Source: Candidatus Moanibacter sp. (GTDB taxonomy: Bacteria > Verrucomicrobiota > Verrucomicrobiia > Opitutales > UBA2987). Taken from it: DNA of 64,000 bases. How positions within the stretch are numbered: position 1 is the stretch's first letter; each line of letters starts with the position of its first letter. Location: the NCBI GenBank assembly GCA_965215885.1, contig CBDCEW010000091.1:1-64000 (forward strand), read 5' to 3'. The position numbers were made by a program, and so were the translations under genes. The notes beneath the pieces were generated by a model. It had not been told where the DNA came from, searched no databases, and saw only the letters and a program-made list of their open reading frames with translations. Below, piece by piece: positions 40,370 through 52,109 of this stretch.

Positions 40370-42574
40370 TCACGATACGGTCTCCAGGAATTCGCGCCAG
40401 GCTTCGACGAAACGATCGAGCTGATCCTGACCCATGGGCGTAGAGATATTTCCGACCAGTTGGTTGCGCAGGAAGATTCCCCGGTTTAGAAGGAAAAAAA
40501 ACAGCCTTTCCCGAAGTGCTGCGTTCTGCTTGCGCGCGCTTCTATAGTCAACAACAGGATTTTCGGTAAAATGGATACCGAAGAAGGATCCGATTCCCGT
40601 AACTTGAAGAGGAACGTTTCGTTCGGGAGCCTCGGAAGCGAGGCGCTCCCGCAGAGATTCTCCAAGATCGTTCAATCGCGCATAGACCGCTTCGTTCAGT
40701 TTGTGGAGGGCTGCGAGGCCTGCCTGCATCGTCATGGGATTGGCGTTGAACGTGCCGCCGTGAGGAATTCGGGGATGACCCGCGACCCCGTCGAAGGCTT
40801 CCATGATGTCGGCGCGTCCGCCGAACGCTCCAACGGGGAGCCCGCCGCCTATGATTTTTCCGAGACTGGTCAGGTCTGGGATTACTCCGACAAGAGCTTG
40901 CAGGCCTCCAGTCCCCAGGCGGAGTGTTTGCACTTCGTCGAAAATCAGGAGTGTATGCGTTCCGTCGCACGCCTTACGCAAGGTGCCGAGAAATTCAGGG
41001 GTTGCGGAGACGTATCCGATATTGGCCATAGCGGGTTCCACGATGACTGCCGCGAGGTCGTCGCGATGAGACTCGATGATTTGCTTGGCGGCGTCGCAAT
41101 CGTTGAAGGGCACCACCACTACTTCAGCGAGTGTGCTCGCCGTGAGACCTGCGGAGCTGGGCACGGCCAGAGGGGAGTCGGCTGGTCCGGCGTGCGCCAA
41201 GTCGGTGGTTTCACTGACGGACATGAGGTCGGAGGTGCCGTGGTAAGCTCCCTCCATTTTGGCGATCTTTGACTTTCCCGTGAAGGATCGAGCGGCGCGG
41301 ATGGCCATGGCGACGGCTTCAGTGCCGCTGTTGGTGAAACGCAGCTGGTCGAGGGAAGGAATCTCTTCGACAAGAAGCTCAGCCAGATCTATCTCCGGCC
41401 TCGTGGGATGGGTAAAGGCGGTACCTCTAACGGCCTGATCGGTCAGCGTGGCCGTAATGGCCGGGTGGGCGTGGCCGAGTATCAGAGATGACGCGTTATT
41501 GTAGAAATCGATACGCGAATTTCCGTCGACATCGTAGAGCAGGTATCCATCCCCACGTTTCACGTAAAAGGGAAAAGGGCGGAAAAATGCCGTCAGCCGG
41601 GAGTTCCCCCCCGCCAGGAATTGCCGTGCCTCTTGATAGAGCGCATCCGATTTGGAGTTACGCTTTCGATATTCCGCGACTTCGTCCGCAAGGACGGGAC
41701 ACTCGGGGGCGACAAGGGAGGCGGGTGAAGGTGTATTCACCGGATTTGTAAGACCCACACACTTCCTCAGCTTCTCAAGGCCCTCGCGCGCGGCCGTATC
41801 CGGGCCCTGGTCCCAGTAGCTTTGGTTGAACAGCTCCAGGGAAAGCATACCCTCGTATTGAATCGCATTCAAGCTCCCCACGATCCGATCCCATGGGGCT
41901 AATCCATCCCCGGGATAGACACGATCGGCATCCGTCAACGAGTCTCGGCCGGGTATTTCGGGATAGTCATTCACATGAACGAGCCCCAACCGGCCTGCTC
42001 CGAAGTGCTCGAACCCAAAGTAGTGATCGCTCCCCTTATACATGTGGTAGACGTCGGCCAGAAGCTGCACGCCTGATCGCCCACACTCCGCCGCGACAAA
42101 GAGGGCCTCGCCCGTCGTCCCCAACGTTTTCGCGATCCCCCAGAATTCGAGGAGCGGGGTGACACCATACTCTGCAGCCAAGTCGACCAGGACGGCGAAC
42201 CGCTCGGCGACCTGATACAGGTCCACCTTGCGATCGTGGATGCCAAAGGGTGGGGCAGCCAGGTAAGGACAGCCCAGCGCATGCGCCATCTTCAGGCAGC
42301 GCTCAGCTTCTTCGAGACCTTTCGCCCGACAGTCGTCCTCCGGGACTGCCCACTCGGGGAACGCGATCAGGTTCACGATCTGGATGCCGCGAGACTCGGC
42401 TCGATCTTTGATCTCTTCGAGCGAACCGCCGTTTTCGACCCACTGGTCAAGCTCGTTGACCCACGGTTCCAGGCCATCGAATCCGGCGTCCGCTGCCGTA
42501 TCAATCGCATCCAGGACAGACGCCCCTTCACTCCGGATCGTGCTCGTATTCAAGCAGAACTGAAATCGGCTCAT
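40370..42574 (-). CDS. Fusion of a sugar phosphate isomerase/epimerase (AP_endonuc_2 TIM barrel) and a class III aminotransferase (GSA-aminomutase-like)
   Basis: N-terminal CLNTSTI, LEFWG, DVYHMYKG, VHVND, SLELFN; C-terminal RFTNSGTEA, GAYHG, LIFDEV, GKIIGGGLPVGAFGG, GTFNANP. Confidence 0.88.
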   Translation of the reverse strand: MSRFQFCLNTSTIRSEGASVLDAIDTAADAGFDGLEPWVNELDQWVENGGSLEEIKDRAESRGIQIVNLIAFPEWAVPEDDCRAKGLEEAERCLKMAHALGCPYLAAPPFGIHDRKVDLYQVAERFAVLVDLAAEYGVTPLLEFWGIAKTLGTTGEALFVAAECGRSGVQLLADVYHMYKGSDHYFGFEHFGAGRLGLVHVNDYPEIPGRDSLTDADRVYPGDGLAPWDRIVGSLNAIQYEGMLSLELFNQSYWDQGPDTAAREGLEKLRKCVGLTNPVNTPSPASLVAPECPVLADEVAEYRKRNSKSDALYQEARQFLAGGNSRLTAFFRPFPFYVKRGDGYLLYDVDGNSRIDFYNNASSLILGHAHPAITATLTDQAVRGTAFTHPTRPEIDLAELLVEEIPSLDQLRFTNSGTEAVAMAIRAARSFTGKSKIAKMEGAYHGTSDLMSVSETTDLAHAGPADSPLAVPSSAGLTASTLAEVVVVPFNDCDAAKQIIESHRDDLAAVIVEPAMANIGYVSATPEFLGTLRKACDGTHTLLIFDEVQTLRLGTGGLQALVGVIPDLTSLGKIIGGGLPVGAFGGRADIMEAFDGVAGHPRIPHGGTFNANPMTMQAGLAALHKLNEAVYARLNDLGESLRERLASEAPERNVPLQVTGIGSFFGIHFTENPVVDYRSARKQNAALRERLFFFLLNRGIFLRNQLVGNISTPMGQDQLDRFVEAWREFLETVS

Positions 42575-42696
42575 CTGTGACCTTTCTTTTGTGCTGTTTT
42601 CAAGGGAGACTCCTATGTCTTTGGGTGATGCGTTTTCTCATTCATATGGAATGTGTGGATTCAGTTGAATTCGGATCGAGTTCCCTGGGAGTCTTG

Positions 42697-43554
42697 TCAG
42701 ACGCTGTCGCTCCCAAAGTGATACAAAGTGAAGTCACAGACTGGTTTATACCCGATCCGCGCATAAATGGAGTTCGACGTCGGATTTGCCAAGTCGGTAA
42801 ACAAGACGCAGAAGGATTGCCCGTCCTTTAGAAGATGTTCACTCAGCCGGGCAACACATGCGGTTGCAAACCCCTGCCGGCGCCACTTTGGAGGCGTGTA
42901 GACGGCACCTATCGCGATTCCACGCTGCGTAGCCCGTGTGCTCGCCGCCATGCTCCTCGGTTCGTTATCCTCCCAGAAGTAGATCTCTCCACGGTCGATG
43001 CGCCGCTTTGCGGTCTTTCGTGCCTTGTCAAGTGCGTCTTCTTGTAGGACTTCCGTAGCGAAGGCTGCCATCCAACGACTGACCGTATCGAGATCCGTAT
43101 CTCGCGCTCGTCGGAACCCGCCGTCCGGAATCGGTACTTGTCGAAGCTTCGTCAACTTGTAGAGGCGCTGCCGCATGCCGATTCGGACGGGTTTCCCTGA
43201 AGTCTGATTCCACATCCGGGCAAACGACTCGGCTACTGCGTTCGGTGCAATAACGCCGGACACAATAAGATCGGAGGTGAGCAAATATTCGATGACGAAT
43301 TCCAGAGTTTTAGTGTCATCGGACCCCATAGTGGACAATACCAACGGATTAGGCGGAGTCATAAGTACTGTAACCAACACTCCGTCGTCGCTTTGCACCG
43401 TGGCAAAGAACGGGGGGTTATTCGATGCAGTTGGACTTTCCCGAAGGCGGAGGGCGAGACCCAGTATAAGGTTATGCGCGGCCTCGCGCTTCTCCAACTC
43501 CAGTTGCGAATCACCCAGGAACGATTCCGCATCCTCGTATCTGATCAACTGCAT
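42697..43554 (-). CDS. GNAT family acetyltransferase
   Basis: VYTPP.WRRQGFA, LFTDLANPTSNSIY.RIGY. Confidence 0.9.
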   Translation of the reverse strand: MQLIRYEDAESFLGDSQLELEKREAAHNLILGLALRLRESPTASNNPPFFATVQSDDGVLVTVLMTPPNPLVLSTMGSDDTKTLEFVIEYLLTSDLIVSGVIAPNAVAESFARMWNQTSGKPVRIGMRQRLYKLTKLRQVPIPDGGFRRARDTDLDTVSRWMAAFATEVLQEDALDKARKTAKRRIDRGEIYFWEDNEPRSMAASTRATQRGIAIGAVYTPPKWRRQGFATACVARLSEHLLKDGQSFCVLFTDLANPTSNSIYARIGYKPVCDFTLYHFGSDSV

Positions 43555-43719
43555 GGTAATCGCTCTCAGGAAATGTCCGAATGATCCTCCCCTTGCAAGT
43601 TCTCATTGGGGTGTGGTCTTACAGTCTGGCTTGAAATTTCAATGTGGAAGCCGGTCTCCGGGCGATGGACTAACGCTATCGCAGGGCAGCAACTTTCGGC
43701 CGGATCGGAGCGCCGATGA

Positions 43720-43948
43720 AGTTATCGTGCTCGTCCTCGTCCTCGGAGCGCAGCGATCTTTATCGAACGATCTATCCGAGAAATCACTCTTACTACTCTC
43801 CATTTTACTTTGATCGAGCGTCAGCTTTGATTCTTGACCTGTTTCGAGAATCCCCGTGAGCGGGATCCCTCGGAGCGAAGCAATCTTAGCCAGACGTTCT
43901 GAGCAGAGCGAATCGAGGACGAGCATGAGGACGATTACGAGAACGAAA
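43720..43948. repeat. 'GACGAG/CTCGTC' low-complexity inverted intergenic repeat
   Basis: ATCGTGCTCGTCCTCGTCCTCG ... CGAGGACGAGCATGAGGACGAT. Confidence 0.5.
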
Positions 43949-44055
43949 AGTAGGATACTCCTGTAGAGTAGATTCCCAGCTGGTCGTTCGCCGCCCGCCA
44001 GGGACGGCTTGCAACGCGCCTGGTGGGGTATAACATTTGAGCGACATTCTTTCAA

Positions 44056-44866
44056 ATGAGAACCTTTAAACTGGGATACGCCACCCTGCATTGGCGGAAC
44101 GCGGATCTGGAACCCGCTCTGCGAGAACTACAGGAAGCCGGCTGGGAGGGTTGGGAGGGTAGGATGGGGCAGGAAGCGTTGGGTCCTCCCGAACATCTCA
44201 AGCGGATATGCGAGGATACGGGTATGCCGATGGTGGTGTACACGGCGGCCGGGTCGCCTGACAATCGCGAATCGGAGAACATCGAGCGAAACAAGCGGAG
44301 AATGGATTTCGCCGCTGCCATGGGAGTCGATTGCTTCATGTACATGAGTGGTCGCAGACCGAAGAATTCCATCGTTAGTCGTGATGATATTCAACGAGCG
44401 GCCGAGGATGCTGAAACATGGGCGGAGTACGCGAGTGGTTACGGACTCGAATTGTCTTACCACATCCACACAAATATGCTCGTGGATTCGATCGAGGAGT
44501 GGAAGTTCTATATGAGCTTTCTGGAGAAATCAAAGCTCTGCATCGACGTCTCGCACGCGGAACTGTGGGGTTACGACCCGGTGCAGGCGATCGAGGATTT
44601 CCGTGACCGGCTCAACTATATTCATCTCCAGGACTACTCATCCTGCACCGTGCGGGAAAAAGGAAAGTACAATCCGACTTGGGTGCCTGTGGGAGAGGCG
44701 GAGTGTCTCGATTTCGCAGGAGTATTACGGAAATTGGAAGAGATCGGCTACGATCAGCTGGGTCACGTCGTGTCCCGGAACGCCCCCTCCGTCCGGCGAA
44801 CCGGCCTTCGAGGAAGCACGCCGCAGTCGCGGGATGCGGGAGTATTTGCGCGGGCTGGGATACTAG
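44056..44866 (+). pseudogene. Sugar phosphate isomerase/epimerase (IolE-like), frameshifted at ~44755
   Basis: LSYHIH, IDVSH, YIHLQD, PVGE..LDF..VL..L..IGY; the plausible C-terminus WVTSCPG...REYLRGLGY is in the +1 frame. Confidence 0.75.
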
Positions 44867-45087
44867 GTCATTCCGAGATCGGCGAGGGTATTTTGTACAA
44901 CCCATCCGCGGAAAAAGGGATTGTCAAAGGTATACCCCACGGCGCTTTCGGGCGTCTTCATCAGTGTCCCTGCTTCCACCAGAGCAGCGGCAGCGTTCGC
45001 GGTGGTACCGCTGTCGCCAAGGGCAAATTGCTGGCGGATCCGCTTTGTCGTGATACCGGCATCGCCGGCGGCCACAGACCTGAGCAC
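44863..45087 (-). pseudogene. C-terminal winged-helix remnant of an AAA/P-loop ATPase-like protein
   Basis: A..ALVEAG.L......YTFDNPFFRGWV motif only. Confidence 0.4.
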
Positions 45088-45300
45088 ATTCTGCTGGTGA
45101 CGGGTAAAATTCAGACCTCACTATATTGCCCCTCTAAAGGCACTATGCAATCGCAAGTTTAATTCTTTCGAAGGGTTTACTCGGCTTCATTCCGACAGGC
45201 TGCTAGACCACTTTTTTTCACTAAATTCAGAAGGAAACTTTAAACGCCAAGGCTCAGGGGCACGGTTTACCGCATCCACCGCAGTAATTCGTTAGGCACT

Positions 45301-46467
45301 ATGCAGGGCTCTCGTTACCGATTTATGCGGATGCTGACGGCGGCATGTCTGCCATATAGCATCGCGATAGCTGAAAGTCCGGACACGGAGAAGGGTGCGC
45401 CACCACCTGCCGTAGAGACGGAACCAAAGAGCGTCTACGAGCAGATATGGAGTCTCGCTGAGATCTACAAAGACGAGAAGAATTCTCTACTGCAGTCGTT
45501 CGTCGTAACTGGCCGCGAACAAATTGATTACGCGACATTTGATGCCGAGCAGGGAGATTACGCAGACTGGGTGGTACGCAGGACCAGGCTTGGTTTCGAG
45601 GTAAAGATGCTTGATTCGATTACGCTGCGTTCAGAGGTGGATCTCGATCTGGAGAATGCGGACCCGCTCTATAAGCGCCTGACTGATACTTACGTTGCCT
45701 GGTCGCCAAGTGATACCTTCACGATGAAGATCGGGAAACAGGGCGTCCGGTTCACCCTGGATGGCGCGACCTCGTCGAAAAAGCTGCTCACCATCGACCG
45801 GAGCAACTTGTCGAATAACCTGTGGTTTCCCCAACAATATATGCCTGGGATAACGATTGGCGGCCGGATGGAATCCTGGAATTATCTAACCGGCATATTC
45901 TCCGCGGGAAGCGCTTCACGCGAATTCGGTCACTTTGACGGGAGTTACTTCTTGCTCGTCTCGATCGGCTATGATTTCACAGATGCCTGGGACGTTGAAG
46001 AAGCTCTTTTGTCATTGGATTACGTCTATCAGGACCCGGATGAGAACAACACGTTTACGCGTCCGCTGGGGCACATCGCTTCGCTGAATTTCCGTTACGC
46101 CACGGGAATGTGGGGATTCCGGTCGGACTTGACGCTCGGGGAGGGATACCGAGGTCAGAGTGATCTGTTTGGGTTGGTGGCGATGCCGTCTTACAATATA
46201 AGCGGCAAGGTTCAGATTGTGGGGCGTTACACCTATCTGAACAGTTCGCAGGAAAACGGAGTCCGGCTAGCCCGTTATGAGAACCGAATCGTTTCCGGTC
46301 GCGGCGACGAATACAACGAATTCTATCTCGGGCTGAACTGGCTTCTTTACGGCCATTTGCTGAAGTTACAGAGCGGGATCCAATATGCCACCTTGAACGA
46401 CGGAGCGAATGACGGTGGAGAATATGATGGCTGGGGCTGGACGACGGGTCTGCGAATCAGTTGGTGA
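45301..46467 (+). CDS. Phosphate-selective porin (OprO/OprP-like) outer-membrane beta-barrel
   Basis: Signal peptide, RRTRLG, LTDTYV, IGKQ..F.LDG.TSS..L.TIDRS, GLNW, terminal aromatic W. Confidence 0.82.
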   Translation: MQGSRYRFMRMLTAACLPYSIAIAESPDTEKGAPPPAVETEPKSVYEQIWSLAEIYKDEKNSLLQSFVVTGREQIDYATFDAEQGDYADWVVRRTRLGFEVKMLDSITLRSEVDLDLENADPLYKRLTDTYVAWSPSDTFTMKIGKQGVRFTLDGATSSKKLLTIDRSNLSNNLWFPQQYMPGITIGGRMESWNYLTGIFSAGSASREFGHFDGSYFLLVSIGYDFTDAWDVEEALLSLDYVYQDPDENNTFTRPLGHIASLNFRYATGMWGFRSDLTLGEGYRGQSDLFGLVAMPSYNISGKVQIVGRYTYLNSSQENGVRLARYENRIVSGRGDEYNEFYLGLNWLLYGHLLKLQSGIQYATLNDGANDGGEYDGWGWTTGLRISW

Positions 46468-46913
46468 TCGATGATCCTGACGATCAGATAGCTTCAATTA
46501 TCCGAAACTGTGTTACGAAGCGAATCGTAAGAGAAACTCCCTCTGAACGAGCACCCTCTACTTCAAACATCTGAAAAACTAACCTGACCGAATTTAGATT
46601 TCCGATGATACCTGATTGATCGCAGCGTTTCGACTATCTAAATTCTCGTTATGCTAAGTACCGGGAAAGGAATCATCCTCCTGGTCAGTTGTTCAATTCT
46701 GGTCATCACTCTCGCTATTGCGTGTCTAATCAGAAAACACCACGTGTCCGCAATCCCTGAAGAAAACCGTGCTTGTCAGTGAGCCTCGCTCCCCTGATCG
46801 AACAGAGACTCGGTTGAGCTTTCCTCCTTCATCGATCGATCACCACAAGGAACAGTGGTATGGCTACTGCATCAGCGGGATAGGCTCAATCCTTCTCGTA
46901 ATCGTCCTCGTGA

Positions 46914-47723
46914 TTCGGCCACCGCACCTCCCATGACGATTGGCCGCCGCTTGCAAAATGGCAGGAGCGCCCGCCCCGCGGGATGTGGAATTACCTGTTC
47001 TGGAGCGACGACAACGGCAGATCCTGGAGCGAGCCGGTAGAATGTGACGAGGTCGGCGGCGAACCGGGATATATCACCGAATTGCACGACGGGACGCTCC
47101 TCTATACCCGAACCGAATCGGCGCGTTCGGACTTGCTGAAAGATGGACCATTGCCCTGGGGCGATGTCTATTATCGCAATCGGGCCGTGTTTTCCGACGA
47201 CGGAGGAAAGAGCTGGGAACGAACGTCGCTGATAACCGACGCGCCGTTCCAAAGCGATTGCGAGACCGGCGTGGTGGAGTTGGAACCCGGTCATCTGCTG
47301 GCGGTGACGCGCATCGGGTTCGGTGGCGGTCGCTTCGGGCAGCCCAGCCGGTTCGTGCACAGTTATGATGGCGGGCGCACCTGGGAGCATCCGACCCTGT
47401 CGCCGATCTACGGCCAGCGGGTGATCGTGCGCATGCTGCGGTCGGGCAGGTTGCTCGCGACCTACCGGAATCGATGGGGAACGCCGGCGAGCTACGCGTT
47501 TGTCTGGGACCCGGACGAGGTTTTTGACTACGAGCCCAGTTCCTACCTTTGGGATGAATCCAGCTGTACCCTGGACGACGGTGTTATGACCTTGAAGACA
47601 AGCGGAACTTCGGAGACGCAGGCGATATTTGGGTTTTACCCGGCGTTGCGCGAGGAATCCGAAGTGGATCTCAGCGTCAACATGCGCTCGTCCGCCTCAA
47701 ACGCATGTTCGGAAAGAAGATGA
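46914..47723 (+). pseudogene. BNR/Asp-box sialidase-like glycosidase fragment
   Basis: Three Asp-boxes (SDDNGRSW, SDDGGKSW, SYDGGRTW); the frame starts at a stop at 46911 and appears 3' truncated. Confidence 0.7.
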
Positions 47724-47866
47724 TGATAAAGATTATGATGACGATGATGAGGGTATCCGCCCGGTTTGTGAGATTTGCGGACTAACTGGTACTCCCAGCC
47801 TACCAATTGAAAAGCGTCGAATCGATTTCCTCCTTGGGATGGCCTATTTTTCGAATGCACGTCGCC

Positions 47867-49301
47867 ATGGAATCGGTTACCTATCACAGATCCCTTCCGT
47901 TACTCGACGAATACGAGGTGATCGTTTGCGGGGGCGGACCCTCCGGTATCCCGGCGGCGCTGGCTGCGCGGCGCGCCGGGAAGAAGACGTTTGTTGGTTG
48001 AAGGTACGGGCCAAATGGGCGGGGTGGGGACGTCGGCGGGCGTGTCGCACCTGCTGGCCAGCCGAACGAACGACAACCAGGTCTGCGTGGCGGGAATTTT
48101 CAAGGAGATTACTGAGGAACTGGCGGCGCGGGGCGGAGCCGTCAATCCCGACACCATCGAGACGCCGGGCAAATTCAATCCTCACGGTTGGACGGGGAAG
48201 GTGAGCAACCTCACCTACGGCGTTCCGTTCGACCCCATTCAGATGGCGATTCTTTTGGATGAGAAGATGCTCGAGGCGGGGGTTGATGTGTTGTACTTTA
48301 CGAGCGTCGTGGACGTCCTTCCGGATCCTGGCGGCGGTGAACGACTGGGCGGGATAGTGGTCTCGAACAAATCGGGGCTGCAGGCGGTTACGGGAAGGGT
48401 GTTTGTCGACGCCACGGGAGACGGGGACGTGGCGGCGCGAGCCGGGTGCGAAGTCGTCAAGGGGCGCGCCGAAGACGGCCTTATGACACCGGCTTCATTG
48501 ATCTTTCATGTCGAAAATGTGGATCAGGACGCGCTTTCCGAATACATCCACGACACCGAGGAGAATCGGTTCCGGAATTTGATTGAAGACCTTCGCCGGC
48601 GCGGTGAATGGGATTTCCCCTACGAGATCTTTATCACCGTGCAATTGACGGACAAGGGCACACTCATGGTCAATACGACCCGCATCTGCGACGTTGACGG
48701 AACGGATGGCCGTTCGATTTCGCGGGGCATGATGCAGGGCAGGCGGGAGGTTAACCGGCTCTTCGATCTCATGAAGCGACACTTTCCGGGATTCGCGAAG
48801 GCGCGCATCAAGCTGGTGGCGCCGGTGCTGGGAATCCGCGAAACGCGGCGAATCGTGGGCGATTTCGTGATGACGGTCGAGGACCTCGTTGAAGGCCGCA
48901 ATTTCCCGGACACGATTGGATTCAGTGGTTATGGGTGGGACCTGCCGGACCCGAAAAAACCGAGTATCCAGACAATGCACGGCATAGAGCGGAAGAGGAA
49001 CTACACGCCCATACCGTACCGCGTGATGGTTCCTCAGCCAATAAAGAACATAATCTGCCCGGGCCGGGCAATCAGTGTGGAGCGGCACGTCCTCGGGCCG
49101 TTGCGGGAACAGGGCGCGTGTTACGCCATGGGCCACGCCGCCGGACTGGCGGCTGCGATGGCGGCTGAAAACGGAACTGCTTTTGCCCGGATCGACGTGG
49201 GAGCATTGCGGGACCGCCTCCGGAAGGAAAATGCGAAAGTCGATTGGGACCAGGAGATCCGGCCCACGTGTTGGTCGGTTGATCGGGTGAATTCGGGGTG
49301 A
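47867..49301 (+). pseudogene. FAD-dependent oxidoreductase (FAD_oxidored family), frameshifted at ~47987
   Basis: EVIVCGGGPSG in 47807-48001; VDATGDGDVA, GIRETRRIVG and IPYR in 47991-49301; extra T in 'acg ttt gtt ggt'. Confidence 0.85.
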
Positions 49302-49325
49302 GGGGAATGCGAAAAAGGACAAGCG

Positions 49326-51336
49326 ATGGATAAAAACGATTTCGACCTCGTCGTAGTGGGCGCCACGCCCGGGGGAATCTCCTGTGCGGTCGCGGCGGCT
49401 CGGGCCGGTTTGACGGTCCTATTGACAAACTGGAACGAGCGCCCGGGCGGATTTTTCGTCAATGGCGGCAGTGTCCTCGACACAATATACGAGGGCAACC
49501 GCGCTCCACTTTTCGCGGAGTTCCTGGAGCGCATTCGGGACTTCAACAAATGCAAATACGGCGAAGACTCGGACCGCTACCGCGAAACGTTTTACGGTGA
49601 CCGGCTCGATTCGAGCGCCCGTCCGCGTATTCGCAATGAGGCGGCGGCAACGGTGTTCCGCGAGTGGATTGAAGCGGAACCGAAGTTGTCGCTTTTGAGC
49701 GGGGTGATTCCCGTAGCCGTGGAACGGTCCTGCAGGCACTTGACGGCGGTCTTCCTGAGCGAGTTGGCGAATGGGAAGCGCCGACGGTATTGCGGACGGA
49801 TCTTCGTGGATGCCACCTACGAGGGCGACCTCGCGGCGGTCGCGGGCGTGGAATACCGGGTGGGAAGGGAGTCCCGGCAGGCATTCGGCGAGCCCCACGC
49901 AGGCAAAATCTGGCGCGATTACGTGGAGGGGAGAAGACGGACACTTCCCCCGGGAGGCGGCCGAGGGGCTGATTAACACGCGGATATTCCGCCTCACCAA
50001 TAAGCAGATATTCGCAGGCAGCACGGGTGAGGGCGATGGCGCGATTCAGGCCTATAACTATCGGATGGCCCCCACGAATGACCCGGAGAAAAGGCGCCCC
50101 ATCACGCGTCCGGACAATTACGACCGGGAACGTTATGCCGGGATTACGGGGAGCGAACAGGCCAGATTGGAGAAATCCTTTCCCATCAAATCCGACGCCC
50201 TTTACAACGGGGTGGAGAAAGTCGGGATGGGCGGGCAATATCACTGTTACCCAGGTGGGAACCATGAATATCCGGAAGCTGACTGGCAAGGACGCCGCGA
50301 AATCCTGAAGGCGCACGCGGACCACATGCACGGGTACTTTTATTTTATTCAGAACGACGACTCGGTTCCGGAAGCCATCCGGGAGCGGAATCTGCAGTGG
50401 GGGCTGGACAAGACCCTTTATCCGGATAACGACAACATCCCGTATGAAATCTACGTCCGGGAAGCACGTCGCATCCGGGGCCGTTATGTCTTCCGGGAAC
50501 AGGATGCCACACTGGCGGAGGGGTATGGCCGGGCGCCCGTGCACAGCGATTCCGTCGGAGTCACCGAGTGGCCCATGGATTCCCACGATTGCACTACCGA
50601 GATGGTGCCCGGAAGCCTCCACGACGGTGTCCTGTTGCTGACCGAAGAGACACGCCCGGGACAGATTCCCTATCGCTCCCTCTTGCCGAGGGATATCGAC
50701 AACCTGATCGTACCGGTTTGCCTCTCGGCCACCCACGTGGCCTGGGGCACGGTCCGGCTGGAGCCGGTGTGGATGCCCTTGGGGGAGGTCGCCGCCCACG
50801 CGGCCGCGCTCTCGCTTCAGCTCGGAACAACGCCCGGAGAACTCGACCCGGAGCACCTCCAATTCCGCCTGGTGGAAAATCGGATCATGGTGTCGTTCTT
50901 CAACGAGTTCGATATGGCTACGGAAGAGCCGTGGGTGCCCGCTGTTCAGTATCTCGGAACGAAGGGGTTCTTCGACGAATATGATGCGCGGCCGGAGGCG
51001 CCTCTGACTGGTCCGGTGGCGCGGGAATGGGCGCACGCTTTTGCCGATTTATGCCAGGGAAATTGCGATTCGCACGCAGTCGCAGGAGCGGTTCACCGGG
51101 TAGCCGGCGATTCCGATCCGGCCGTTAGTGTTGCCGAATTTCTGACTCTCCTGGAAAAAGAGGCGGCTTATCGCGGGTTGCCGGATTCGCTCGTAGGTCG
51201 TGAGGCGGAGGCGATAGGATGGAACGAGGAGGAATCTGTTACGCGCAAAGACGCCTGCCGGTTGATCTTTGCTCTCATTCGCCGGATTCTTTACCCGGGT
51301 GAATCGACGATTAGAGAGCCCATTATTGAAAGGTAA
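49326..51336 (+). pseudogene. FAD-dependent oxidoreductase, frameshifted at ~49930
   Basis: DLVVVGATPGG and VDATYEGDLA, then QAYNYR, YVREARR and VRLEPVWM; extra G in a G4 run; intact paralog at 61935-63935. Confidence 0.85.
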
Positions 51337-51371
51337 CCTGGAGAGCAGACATTTTCATCTGTGAAGGTGAG

Positions 51372-52109
51372 ATGATAGACATTCAGGATCGAGTAGTGCA
51401 GGAAAATATGGATACTCTCTCTGCCGCGTTTGATCGCGATGGTTTTGTGATTCTTCGGCAATTCTTCGATGCCTCAGTAATTAAGCGTCTGAATGGTGAA
51501 ATTGAACGCTACCGAGCCGTTCGGCTTCCTGATGGTGCGCCCGCTGGATACGAAAATCCTTCAGTTCCGGATAGCCTGAAGTCGATGCGGCTGATGGAAA
51601 AACACGACCCGTTTTTCCGAGAATTCTTCATCGGAAATGATCGCCTCAGGGAGTTATCACGTGCGCTGTTGCACTATCCCGAGGTTGAACTCGCCTTTGT
51701 GCAATGGTTTGACAAGCCGCCTCGGATTGGGTCACCCACGCCGGCTCATCAGGACAACGTATTTGACCCATTTGAACCTCCCGAAGTGCTCACCTTTTGG
51801 ATCGCACTGGACACAGTCGACGAGGGTAATGCCTGTTTGCGTTACGTTCGCGGTTCGCATCGAGGACCGCTTCGCGAACACGAGGAATCGCCACACTCAG
51901 GTTTCAGTAGAGTGGTCAAAGATTATACTGATCAGGACAGAGCAAATGAAGCCGCCATTCTGCTTCTACCCGGAGACATCGCGGTGCACCATTTTATGAC
52001 CATCCACCGCACGGATCCGAATCGCAGCGACCGTCACCGCCGGGGAATCGGATTTCGGGTCAAAAGCACGCGGGCGAAAGCGCTGAGTGAGCGTCAACTC
52101 GCTGGGTAG
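51372..52109 (+). CDS. PhyH-family Fe(II)/2OG dioxygenase
   Basis: FDRDGF, FDKPP, TPAHQD, WIALD...GN.CL.YV.GSH, PGD..VHH..TIH. Confidence 0.92.
   Translation: MIDIQDRVVQENMDTLSAAFDRDGFVILRQFFDASVIKRLNGEIERYRAVRLPDGAPAGYENPSVPDSLKSMRLMEKHDPFFREFFIGNDRLRELSRALLHYPEVELAFVQWFDKPPRIGSPTPAHQDNVFDPFEPPEVLTFWIALDTVDEGNACLRYVRGSHRGPLREHEESPHSGFSRVVKDYTDQDRANEAAILLLPGDIAVHHFMTIHRTDPNRSDRHRRGIGFRVKSTRAKALSERQLAG

Noticed and set aside
44866..45162. C-terminal part of the 368-aa ORF 44056-45162
   Set aside because: It results from a frameshift; the plausible C-terminus ends at 44866 in another frame.
47713..47752. FLAG-tag-like peptide (DDDKDYDDDDE)
   Set aside because: It is not DYKDDDDK and has no vector context; it looks like a GAT/GAC low-complexity intergenic repeat.
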